From Octopus vulgaris (lineage: Eukaryota): DNA of 64,000 bases. Numbering within the stretch: the first letter of the stretch is position 1; the number at the start of each line of letters is the position of its first letter. The translations under genes and the position numbers were made by a program. This document shows, piece after piece, positions 46,580 to 57,894 of the stretch. Where the stretch lies: positions 1 through 64,000 of the forward strand of contig CATOCA020000012.1 of NCBI GenBank assembly GCA_951406725.2, read 5' to 3'. The notes below the pieces were generated by a model that was given only the letters and a program-made list of their open reading frames with translations, made no database searches and was not told the origin of the DNA.

Positions 46580-47079
46580 ATAATTTGCCAGAAAATAATG
46601 GATCGTGCCAAGATTTTGCTGCTACTTCTAGCATGTAGAAATTACCTGTTAAAGCGTAATTTTCTATTTTGAAATATCTATATATCTATATATTTACTAC
46701 CCACAAGGGGCTAAACATAGAGGGGACAAACAAGGACAGACAAAGGGATTAAGTCGATTACATCGACCCAAGTGCGAAACTGGTACATATATATATTCTT
46801 TTATTCTTTTCTTTTACTTGTTTCAGTCATTTGACTGCGGCCATGCTGGAGCACCGCCATTAGTCGAGCAACTCGACCCCGGGACTTATTCTTTTGCAAT
46901 CCCAGTACTTATTCTATCGGTCTCTCTTGCCGATCGGGGACATTAGCACACCAGCATCGGTTGTCAAGCAATGCTAGGGGACAAACACAGACACACAAAT
47001 ACACACTCAGTGGGACTGAACCCGCAACCATGTGGTTGGTAGACAAGCTACTTACCACACAGCCACTCCTGCGCCTATA

Positions 47080-47152
<73 letters not shown>

Positions 47153-47161
47153 TTATATATT

Positions 47162-47224
<63 letters not shown>

Positions 47225-47435
47225 CTATATATCTATATATCTATACATATGTGTGTGTGTATATATATATATGTAGATGTATATATATATACATATATAA
47301 AAAGATAAAGGTCTTTATTTTTCATGGACTTCAAAATTTGCCAGAAAATAATGGATCGTAGCAATCTTTGCTGCTATTTCTAGCATGTTAAAATTGCATG
47401 TTAAAGGGTAATTTTCTATTTTGAAATATATATAC

Positions 47436-47466
<31 letters not shown>

Positions 47467-48398
47467 TGTATGTATGTATGTATGTATGTGTGTGTGTGTT
47501 TGTGTGTGTGTGTGTGCGTGTGCGTGTGCGTGTGCGTGTGTGTGTGTGTTTGTCTGCGTGTATCTTTAAAATCTTCCGATTTTTGGTGACATATGAAATA
47601 GACATTTCGTTTTGTAACCGAAAAATGAAGCGAAAGAGGTTTAGCTACTGTAGCGTTCGATTGTATCTTTTGCAGACAAACTGAACGACTCCATTTAATT
47701 TCATCAGAAAGTTACTTAAGATCTTCTTCTCTCTGTCTGTCTGTCTCTCTCTCTCTCTGTCATATGAAATAGATATTTCGTTTTGTAACCGTAAAATGAA
47801 GCGAAAGAGGTTTAGCTACTGTAGCGTTCGATTGTATCTTTTGCAGACAAACTGAACGACTCCATTTAATTTCATCAGAAAGTTACTTAAGATCTTCTTC
47901 TCTCTGTCTGTCTGTCTCTCTCTCTCTCTGTCTTTTACGCTCTCTCTCTGTCTGTATTTAACTCACTATATAACATATGAGTTTCTCTCTCTCTCAATAT
48001 AAAACTATTTTTCTCTATTATTACCCGTTGCTAAGTAACTCAGGGAAAAGGTGTGTGCGTGTGTGACTGTATTTTCAATTGTGTGTGTGTATGTGTGCGT
48101 TTGTGCCTTTCGACACCAGTGCGTGCGTAACGACACACACACAAACGCCCACAAGCATACACACACAAAATTGAAAATGCACAGTTACACACTCAAACAC
48201 TCACACACAGAAACGAAAATACACACGCACACATAAATAAAAACAGTCACACATACACACTGAAATGAAAATACTCACACACACTCACACTCACACATGC
48301 ACACATGCATACGGACAAACACCACACACACACACACACAAAAAAAAGGAAAATACACAGTTACACACTCACACACACACGCTCACACGCATACACTA

Positions 48399-48436
<38 letters not shown>

Positions 48437-49029
48437 ACAAGTAATGAACTGGAAACACGCGCGCACGCAGACACAGAAATGAAAACACACATATGTGTGT
48501 GTTTGTGTGTGTGTATGTATGAATAGATTTGGTTGATGGAAACTGAAAGAAGCCCATCGTATATAAATGTATACATATATGTGTGTGTGAGTGTGTGTGT
48601 CTGTTTTCCCCCCTCCCCCCTCCAACATCGCTTGACAAGAACCGCTAGGGTTAAAAATAATGTCTTGGGATTGATTTGCTCGACTAAATGCGGTGCTCCA
48701 GCATGGCCACAGTCAAATGACTGAAACAAGGAAAATCAAAACATATATATATATATATGTTCTTTTATTTTACTTGTTTCAGTCATTTAATTGTGGCCAT
48801 GCTGGAGCACCGCATTTAGTCAAGCAAATCGATCAGGCCTTCAAGAAGGATATCCATATGCTAGAAATAGCAGGCAAAGTCGACCTCGGCGGAATTTGAA
48901 CTCAGAGCGTAGCGGCAGCCGAAATACCTATTTCTTTACTACCCATAAGAGGCTAAACACAGAGGGGACAAACAAAGACAGACATACGGATTAAGGCGAT
49001 TATATCGACGCCATTGCGTAACTGGTACA

Positions 49030-49030
<1 letters not shown>
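46580..49030. repeat. Sixth, more diverged partial copy of the composite unit, with a ~170-bp internal tandem duplication (~47590-47930)
   Basis: Colinear with ~6730-9050, then with ~4430-4540; CATATGAAATAGA...GATCTTCTTCTC occurs twice. Confidence 0.82.
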
Positions 49031-49111
<81 letters not shown>

Positions 49112-49197
49112 CAAATTGAGGCAGGGTTTAATAAAGTATTATCTGATAATTGATTAATGATTTAGATGTATTTCTCCATTTTCTCATGTTGTATATG

Positions 49198-49254
<57 letters not shown>

Positions 49255-49261
<7 letters not shown>

Positions 49262-51043
49262 TAGATAAACTTAGATATGTTTCGACCAAAGATTGGTCCA
49301 GGCCATGTCTAACTTAATAGCACCACCTGATAGGATTATTCGAATCCTGTTTAAGTCAAGTTTTGTTTAAGTCAAGTTTTGTTCAAGTAGTGAGTTCTTG
49401 TTGGGTGAGTTGTATCCAGTTTTGTTCAAGTAGTGAGTTCTTGTTGGGTGAGTTATATCCAATTATGGGTGGCTTATCTGGTATTCTTTGAAGGAATCTA
49501 TCCAGACTCTGTTTAAAGTTGATGGGATCCTTTTCCTCTTTGATCTCTCTCGGGACAATGTTAAATAGGGCAGGGCCTGTTGAGGAAAAGAAATTGTGCT
49601 GCAGTGTACATGTATGTTGTGATCTTGAATTGGGCAGGGGACGTATAGCCCGTGGTCCAAGTCTTGGATGAACTTGAAGCTAATGTTTAGGTCGTTTGGG
49701 CAAAGTTGACGGTATATTTTCCACATCGTACAAATGATGTACCGCTCACGGCGACGCTGGAGGGAGTAAAGTTTCAAGGCTTTAAGGCGATCCCAATAAT
49801 CGAGAGCAGCCATGCCTTCAATGCGTTTAGTGAGTGCCCTCTGGGGTGACTCAATTCTGGAGATGTTTTGTCTTGTGTGAGGAGACCACAGTGGGCAGCA
49901 GTATTCAAGGTGTGGCCGTACAAAGGAGGAAAAAAGTGATATGATGACACCTTGTTCTCTGGACCGGAAAGTTCTTAAGATCCAGGAACTCATCCTACGA
50001 GCTATATCGACCTTCTTGTTGATGTGTGCACTCCAACTGAGATCGTCATCAACAATTACACCCAGGTCTCTGATATTGTTAGAGGCTGTGAGCGGTTCCC
50101 CTGAAGGAAGAGAGTATGGCTGTTTTAGTGAGGAGTTTCTTCCAAAATGCATCAGCTCAAATTTTCCCTCGTTCAGTTGCATTTTGTTTCTGTCTGCCCA
50201 TTGACTCACAGCATATAGATCAGACTGGAGTTGAGTTCGGTCTGCTTCTTCATTGACGATTTGCTGGAGTTGGTGTCATCAGCAAATATTTTCACTTTGC
50301 AGTAATGTACGACACTGGAAAGGTCGTTTATGTTGATTATGAAGAGTAGCGGACCCAAGACAGTCCCCTGGGGGACACCGCTGGTGACTTTTGCTGGGCT
50401 TGAGTGGACTCCATCAACTACAACATGTGTTCTATTCGCCAGGAAATACTCAATCCAGTGTAGAACTTTTCCACGGATTCCAACATTTGCCAATTTTGAG
50501 AGTAGGATATTATGGTCTACCCTGTCGAACGCTTTACTGAAGTCAAGATATATGACATCAGAGTTCGAACCTGTTCCCAAGGCTTTGAGTACATCTTCAA
50601 TGTGGTGTAAGAGCTGTGTTAGACAGTCCCTGCCACAGCGAAAGCCATGCTGATTTGCATTTAGTAGTTTCTGGGTCTCCAGGAAGTCAGCCATCCTTGA
50701 TCTTAACACTCTTTCAAACACTTTGATGATGTGGGAGGTGAGTGACATTGGGCGATAGTTGAGTGCGAGGGATCCGTTTCCCTGTTTGAAAACCGGGATG
50801 ATTGACTGGGATAGAAACTGTTTTGGTATATAACCTGCATCTAATGAATTCCTCCATAGGTTGGTCAGTGGGACAGCAAGTTGGTGTTTACATTCCTTCA
50901 GGAGACTAACGGGGAATCTATCAGGGCCTACGGCAGAGTAGTATTTGACCTCATTTATTGCTGCTACGATGCCAGTGGGAGTGAAGGTTATGTCTGCAAT
51001 TTTGTGTTGGGAGTCACTAAAGACAGCAGTACTGTTTTTGCAA
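49255..51043 (-). mobile_element. 5'-truncated CR1/L2-group LINE (LINE B) with degenerate RT and intact 3' end
   Basis: ORFs 50206-51192 and 49463-50209 contain VGPDRFP, YLDFSKAFDRV, GVPQGTVLGPLLF, FADD and YSLQRRRERY; tandem CTAAGTTTAT tail on the minus strand. Confidence 0.92.
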
Positions 51044-51384
51044 TATATATAGAGAGAGAAACATGTATATACATATAGATATTTATATATATGTATATGT
51101 GTGTATGTTTCGGTGTCCCCAAAACCGCTGGACAACCAATGCCGGTGTTTTTTACACTCCATTAACTTATCCGTTCGGGAAAAGAAGACCAACAGAATTA
51201 ATACTAGACTGACGCAGATAAAAGTCTTAGTGTCGATTTGCTCTAGAAAAGGCTGTGCTCCAGCATTGGCACAGTGAAATGACTAAACAAGGAAAAGAGT
51301 AAAAGTGTATGCGTTACGTCTGAACATTGTATTGTAGAGTTAATTAGCTTCCATAATACATTTTGATGATAGTTGTCATGTAAC

Positions 51385-51735
51385 TAAATGTAAGGGAGGT
51401 AACTTTTGAAGATTTTTAGTTATCAACCTTTCTAGAGTTACTCCTTGAATATTATAATTTAACAATAGATAATAGTAATTTAATTAGATGTAAGGGAAGT
51501 AACTCTGGAAGATTTTAAAGTTATCTTCCTTCGTAGAGTTACTTACCTTGCATATTTAATAATATGCAAGGGGGAGTAACTCTAGAAAGGGCAATAATTA
51601 AAAAATCTTCCAGAGTTAACTCCCTTACATCTAATAAAATTAATATTATCTATTGTTAAATTATAATATTCAAGGGGAGTAACTCTAGAATGGGAAATAG
51701 GTACAAAATTTTCCAGAGTTACTTCCTTACATTGT
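51385..51735. repeat. AT-rich ~100-bp hairpin repeat (AAGGGAGGTAACTCT motif)
   Basis: Repeated AAGGGAGGTAACT/AAGGGGAGTAACTCT and reverse-complement AGAGTTAC..CCCTT motifs; homologous to 54357-55020. Confidence 0.85.
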
Positions 51736-51754
51736 AACGTAATAACGTTACAAT

Positions 51755-51830
51755 TAGGGTTTAGGGTTAGGTTGGGGTTAGGGTTTAAGGTTAGGGTTAG
51801 TGTTTAAGGTTAGGGGTTGGGGTTAAGGGT
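51755..51830 (+). repeat. Short degenerate telomeric tract (TTAGGG)n
   Basis: TTAGGGTTTAGGGTTAGGTTGGGGTTAGGG..., about 12 units. Confidence 0.9.
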
Positions 51831-51969
51831 TCTTCAAGAGCTGCACTTAATGTTGCGTGTGTCCGTGTTTCTGGGTCGCAATTTTTGAACCATTCGTAAA
51901 GCATCAGGTAGACTTGTTTTACAGCGTCAATAGACTCATCATCAATTTTCAGTTCAGTTGTATCAACTC
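51831..51969 (-). pseudogene. Truncated exon of a probable death-domain protein
   Basis: Splice acceptor TTTTTTTAG at 51971-51970, then GVDTTELKIDDESIDAVKQVYLMLYEWFKNCDPETRTHATLSAALEE. The ML..W...T...L..AL pattern fits death-domain C-terminal helices (from recall). It ends abruptly at the telomeric tract. Confidence 0.6.
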
Positions 51970-52595
51970 CTAAAAAAATAGCTGCGAAATACGCAACAAT
52001 AAGAAATAAATGCAACAACCTTAACAATATTAACAATAATATAAAAGATGTGTGTTGTTATAAACATAACAAAGAAACTATTTCAAGAGAGAAATATAAA
52101 AAATATAGCTAAGAAACAAGAAAACTATAAGACGTTGTTATTTATATCTTTATAAATCCGAGTAAAATTACATAATGGATTTTAAAAAAACAAAGAAAAA
52201 ATGAAATAAAATTTATGTTCCTGAAACAAAAAAGTGAAACAGAATGTATACTCATACGTGTGTGTATTGTGTCGATGTATATATAATAAAAAAACAGTCT
52301 ATATATTTATACTGGCGACAAGTGCGAGTGTCAATAGTTTATTATACATTGATTCGTATATGGCTTCCTTTATTGAATTCTAATTCAGAAAGATTGAAAT
52401 CAATTCACTATTCACGAGTGAGTTCATATTCTTATGTATATGTACATATAAACACATTAAACAAGAAAGAATGTCTTTATGTATTGTCATGCGTGTGTTT
52501 ATATGTGTGTGTGTGTGTTATATTAGTTCTCAACAAGACATATTGGTACAAGGTTATCAAGGTAACAATGTCTTTATTATTATTATTATTATTAT

Positions 52596-52683
52596 TACGT
52601 TCTGAGTTCAAATTCCGCCGAGGGGTCCTACCGGGGTCGATTAAATAAGTACCAGTTACGCGCTGGGGTCGATGTAATCGAAT
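52596..52683 (+). mobile_element. SINE B fragment
   Basis: TTCTGAGTTCAAATTCCGCCGAGG...GTACCAGTTACGCGCTGGGGTCGATGTAATCGA. Confidence 0.8.
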
Positions 52684-52847
52684 TCTGGTTTGCACGCACA
52701 ACGGTAGGAACCTAGGAAATTCTGACATATGGCACCATAACGACAAGGATTCCTTAAACACTCGTTGATGTCTGAAAAATGAAGCAGAAATTTTATTATT
52801 TTCAAAATTATTTGAAGCAAAGAAAGAGTATTTCAATGGAAATTGAG

Positions 52848-53258
52848 CCCTAACTCTACCCCTAACCCCTAACCCGAACCCCTTCTGTAACACTGAACCC
52901 CGAGACCACTTCTGTGACCACCCGAGACCCCATCTGTGACCCCACTTCTAGAGACTAACCCAAACCCCTGACCATGTGAGTCCCTCATCCCTGTGACAAG
53001 CGAGACCCCTTCCTGTGCCCAACCAATTCCGGAGACCCCACCAATTCCCGAGACTAACACTAGCCCTAACTCTAACCCGAACCCATTCTGTAACCCTGAA
53101 CCCCCGAGACCACTTTTGTGACCACCAGAGACCCCATCTGTGACCCAAATTCCAGAGACTAACCCAAACCCCTGACCATGTGAGCCCCTCATCCCTGTGA
53201 CAAGCGAGACCCCTTCCTGTGAACCAAAACAAATTCCCGAGACCCAACAAATTCCCGA
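52848..53258. repeat. C-rich telomere-associated repeat, two copies of a ~200-bp unit
   Basis: AACCCGAACCC...GAGACC...TGTGACC...CCCTCATCCCTGTGACAAGCGAGACCCCTTCCTGTG present twice. Confidence 0.88.
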
Positions 53259-53792
53259 CCCTAACCCTAACCCTAACCCGAACACCACGAATTCCCGAGA
53301 CTAACCCTAACCCTAACCCTAACCCGAACACCACGAATTCCCGAGACTAACCCTAACCCTAACCCTAACCCGAACACCACGAATTCCCGAGACTAACCCT
53401 AACCCTAACCCTAACCCGAACACCACAAATTCCCGAGACCAACCCTAACCCTAACCCTAACCCTAACCCTAACCCAACTAACCCTAACCCTAACCCTAAC
53501 CCTAACCCTAACCCTAACCCAACCTAACCCTAACCCTAACCCTAACCCTAACCCTAACCCAACCCTAACCCTAACCCTAACCCTAACCCTAACCCACAAC
53601 CCCAACCCTAACCCTAACCCTAACCCTAACCCTAACCCTAACCCAAACCCTAACCCAACCCTAACCCTAACCCTAACCCTAACCCTAACCCCAACCCAAC
53701 TAACCCTAACCCTAACCCTAACCCGAACACCACAAATTCCCGAGACTAACCCTAACCCTAACCCTAACCCGAACACCACAAATTCCCGAGAC
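53259..53792. repeat. 46-bp higher-order unit with embedded telomeric repeats, interleaved with (CCCTAA)n
   Basis: AATTCCCGAGACTAACCCTAACCCTAACCCTAACCCGAACACCACG/A repeated at ~53290-53440 and ~53720-53792. Confidence 0.9.
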
Positions 53793-54357
53793 TTAACCCT
53801 AACCCTAACCCTAACCCTAACCCTAACCCTAACCCTAACCTACTAACCCAACCCAAACCCCAACCCCAACCCTAACCCAACCCAACCCCAACCCAACCCA
53901 ACCCTAACCCTAACCCTAACCCTAACCCTAACCCTAACCCTAACCCTAACCCTAACCCTAACCCTAACCCTAACCCAACCCCAACCCTAACCCTAACCCT
54001 AACCCTAACCCAACCCTAACCCTAACCCAACCCTAACCCAACCCTAACCCTAACCCAACCCAACCCTAACCCTAACCCTAACCCTAACCCTAACCCTAAC
54101 CCTAACCCTAACCCTAACCCTAACCCTAACCCTAACCCTAACCCTAACCCTAACCCTAACCCTAACCCTAACCCTAACCCTAACCCTAACCCTAACCCTA
54201 ACCCCAACCCTAACCCTAACCCCAACCCAACCCAACCCAACCCCAACCCAACCAACCCTAACCCTAACCCTAACCCTAACCCTAACCCTAACCCTAACCC
54301 TAACCCTAACCCTAACCCTAACCAACCCCAACCCAACCCAACCCTAACCCAACCCTA
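53793..54357 (-). repeat. Interstitial telomeric array (CCCTAA)n
   Basis: Long runs of perfect CCCTAA with CCCAA/CCCCAA variants. Confidence 0.97.
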
Positions 54358-55022
54358 AGATAACTAAACCCAAAACTCTTCCAGGGTTACCTCCCTTACA
54401 TCTAATTAAATTACTATTATGTATTATTAAATTGAAATGTTCAAGGGAAGTAACTCTAGAAAGGGAGATAACTAAAAAAAAATCTCCCAGTTACCTCCCT
54501 TACATCTAATTCAATTACTATTATTTGTTATTAAATTAATGTATTCAAGGGGAGTAACTCTAGGAAGGGAGATTTACTCCCCTTGAATACTTCAATTTAA
54601 TAACACAATAGTAATTTAATTAGATAAAGGGAGGTAACTCTGGAAGATTTTTTTTAGTTATCTCCCTTTCTAGAGTTACTCCCCTTGAACATTTCAATTT
54701 AATAATACATATTAATTTAATTAGATGTAAGGGAGGTAACTCTGGAAGATTTTTTAGTTCTCTACAGAGGAAGATAACTAAAAAATCTTCCAGAGTTACC
54801 TCCCTTATATCTAATTAAATTACTATTATGTATTATTAAATTGAAATGTTCAAGGGGAGTAACTCTAGAAAGGGAGATAACTAAAAGATCTTCCAGAGTT
54901 ACCTCCCTTACATCTAATTGAATTACTAATATGTATTATTAAATTGAAATATTCAAGGGGAGTAAATCTCCTAGAGATATATAAAAAAATCTTCAAAAGT
55001 TACCTCCCTTACATTTAATTAA
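54358..55022. repeat. AT-rich ~100-bp hairpin repeat in forward/inverted/forward blocks
   Basis: Unit AGAGTTACCTCCCTT-(~45 nt AT)-AAGGGGAGTAACTCT-AGAAAGGGAGATAACT; orientation flips near 54570 and 54765. Confidence 0.88.
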
Positions 55023-55354
55023 ATAACGACTATTATCAAACTGTGTCATGGAAGCTAATTAACTCTACAATATAATGTTCAGACGTAACACTTTTACTCC
55101 TTTCCTTGTTTAGTCATTTCAATGTGCCCATGCTGGAGCACAGCGTTTTCTAGAGCAAATCGACACTAGGACTTTTATCTACGTCAGTCTAGTATTTATT
55201 CTGTTGGTCTTCTTTTCCCGAACGGATAGGTTAATGGAGTGTAAAATTCACCGACATCGCTTGTGAAACGGTTTTGGGGACATCGAAACACACACATATA
55301 TACATATATATAAACATCTATATGTATATACATGTTTCTCTCTCTATATATATA

Positions 55355-56203
55355 TTGCAGAAACAATACTGCTGTCTTTAGTGTTCCCACTGATATTGAC
55401 GTAAGAGAAGCGAACGAAGTTGACTCCCAACACAAAATTGCAGACATAACCTTCACTCCCTCTGACATCGTAGCAGCAATAAATGAGGTCAAATACTACT
55501 CTGCTGTAGGCCCTGATAGATTCCCCGTTAGTCTCCTGAAGGAATGTAAACACCAACTTGCAGTCCCACTGACCAACCTCTGGAGAAATTCGTTAGATGC
55601 AGGTATATACCAAAACAGTTTCTATCCCAGTCAGTCATCCCGGTTTTCAAACAGGGAAACAGATCCCTCGCACTCAACTATCGCCCAATCTCACTCACCT
55701 CCCACATCATAAAAGTGTTTGAAAGGGTGTTAAGATCAAGGATGGCTGACTTCCTGGAGACCCACAAACTCCTATATGCAAATCAGCATGGCTTTCGCTG
55801 TGGCAGGGACTGTCTAACACGGCTCTGACACCACATTGAAGATGTACTCAAAGCCTTGGGAACAGGTTCGAACTCTGATGTCATATATCTTGACTTCAGT
55901 AAAGCGTTCGACAGGGTAGACCATAATATCCTACTCTCAAAATTGGCAAATGTTGGAATCCGTGGAAAAGTTCTACACTGGATCAAGTATTTCCTGGCGA
56001 ATACAACACAACATGTTGTAGTTGATGGAGTCCACTCAAGCCAAGCAAAAGTCACCAGCGGTGTCCCTCAGGGGTCTGTCTTGGGTCCGCTACTCTTCAT
56101 AATCTACATAAACGACCTTTCCAGTGTCGTACATTACTGCAAAGTGAACATATTTGCTGATGACACCAAGCTCCAGCAAATCGTCAATGAAGAAGCAGAC
56201 CGA
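55355..56203 (+). pseudogene. LINE B RT fragment (duplicate of ~50236-51043), 3'-truncated
   Basis: YLDFSKAFDRV, GVPQGSVLGPLLF, FADD. Same 5' junction as the 51043 copy; frameshift near 55605 and a premature stop near 55827. Confidence 0.9.
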
Positions 56204-57194
56204 TCCAGGTATGTAGATACGGGGTGCTTAACACTCGCAAATCTGGAGTCACTAAAGGTGCAATTGAACTTCTTTTCATTTAGAACTTAGGGATCTGCAA
56301 ATGTCGGTATCTTAGAGATGCTTAAAGTGTTTGTTCTAGCTGTAATTGTCGCATACAAACAGACGCTCACACACGTATACACAGAAATAAAAACATTCAC
56401 ACAAACACAAACACTGAAATGAAAACAGTTACATACCTACACATGCACACACACAAATAGAAATGAAAATAGTCACACACAAACATACGCACCCACACAG
56501 AAATGAAAACGCAGTTACACATTCACACATAAAACCCTAACTAGCATAAACATACAATTTATTCAGAATGTAGAGGGGCATTGGGTGCTTTGCACTCGCA
56601 GTTAGAATATCAGCTCCCTCCACGCCAGAATTAGAATTTCTGTCATCCACTTGTGAAATTAATACATTGACGACACATGGGAAAAATATGAGCAACATCT
56701 GAAGCCACTAAAGGTGCAATAAATTGAACTTATTTGTATTAGTAGTTAGTGATATATGAATATCGACGTAGGAATGGCTGTTGTAAGTAGTTTGCTTACG
56801 AACCACATGGTTTCGGGTTCATTCCCACTGCCTGTCATCTTCTGCAATTGTTACTATTGTAGCCCAGGGCCTAGCTAATCCTTGTGATGGGATTTAGTGG
56901 AAGGAAATTGATAGAATCTCGTCGTATATACGTTTAAATGTGTGTGTGTGTGTGCATGTGTGTGTGTGTGTGTGTGCGTGTGTGCGTGTGTGCGTGCGTG
57001 CGTGTGTTTGTGTGTGTCTGTGTATGTTCGCACTCGAAGGGCACACGAGAATGCACGCACGTACTATCACACATACAGATGCAAGTTTTCTTAATAAAAC
57101 GGAATGAACTCCCATTCCATCCCTTACAGTTTCTTTTTTGTTTTAGATACTACATATACGTGTGTTGGTATATTCACGTATATCTGTATGTATA

Positions 57195-57260
<66 letters not shown>

Positions 57261-57894
57261 TATATATATAAATATATATACGACGCTATGTACGACATAT
57301 AAATACACAAACACATACATGTGTGTGTGTGTGTGTATATATGAAGGTGCAATAAATTGACTTATTTTGATTTAGTATTTAGTGATCACAAATGTGGGTA
57401 TCTTACAAATGGTCAAAGTGTTTGTTGTAGTTGTAAGTGACGTACACACAAACAAATAGAAAAACTCAGTCGCTCACACACTCGCGCACACAGAAATAAA
57501 AACTCTCACACACAAACACTGAAATGAAAATACCCACACTCACATAAATAAAAACAGTCCCCCACACACAAGGAGCCCCAATAGGTCTATCAAAAAAGTT
57601 TCTAGTATTTTTCCTGGCCCATAATTTATGATAATTGAAATTCTTACAATAAATAAATAACTACTAAATAAGTATATCGAACATTACATCCCCGTAACTT
57701 ATCGGTTCTGCAAAAGAGACCTATACATTAAGTAATAGGCATACAAAGAATAATTTCTGGGCTTGATTTGCTTCACTAAAGGCGGTGCTCCACCATGGTC
57801 GCAGTGAAATAACGGAAAGAGTCTAAGAGCGACAAAGCGTATATTACGATAACTACATACTTAAGGGAGATAACTACTTAAGGGAGGTAATTAC

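Noticed and set aside
52869-54336. GL/VR-repeat ORFs, or a telomerase RNA template
   Set aside because: Translations of telomeric repeats. Telomerase RNA has a single ~1.5-repeat template, not tandem multi-repeat units.
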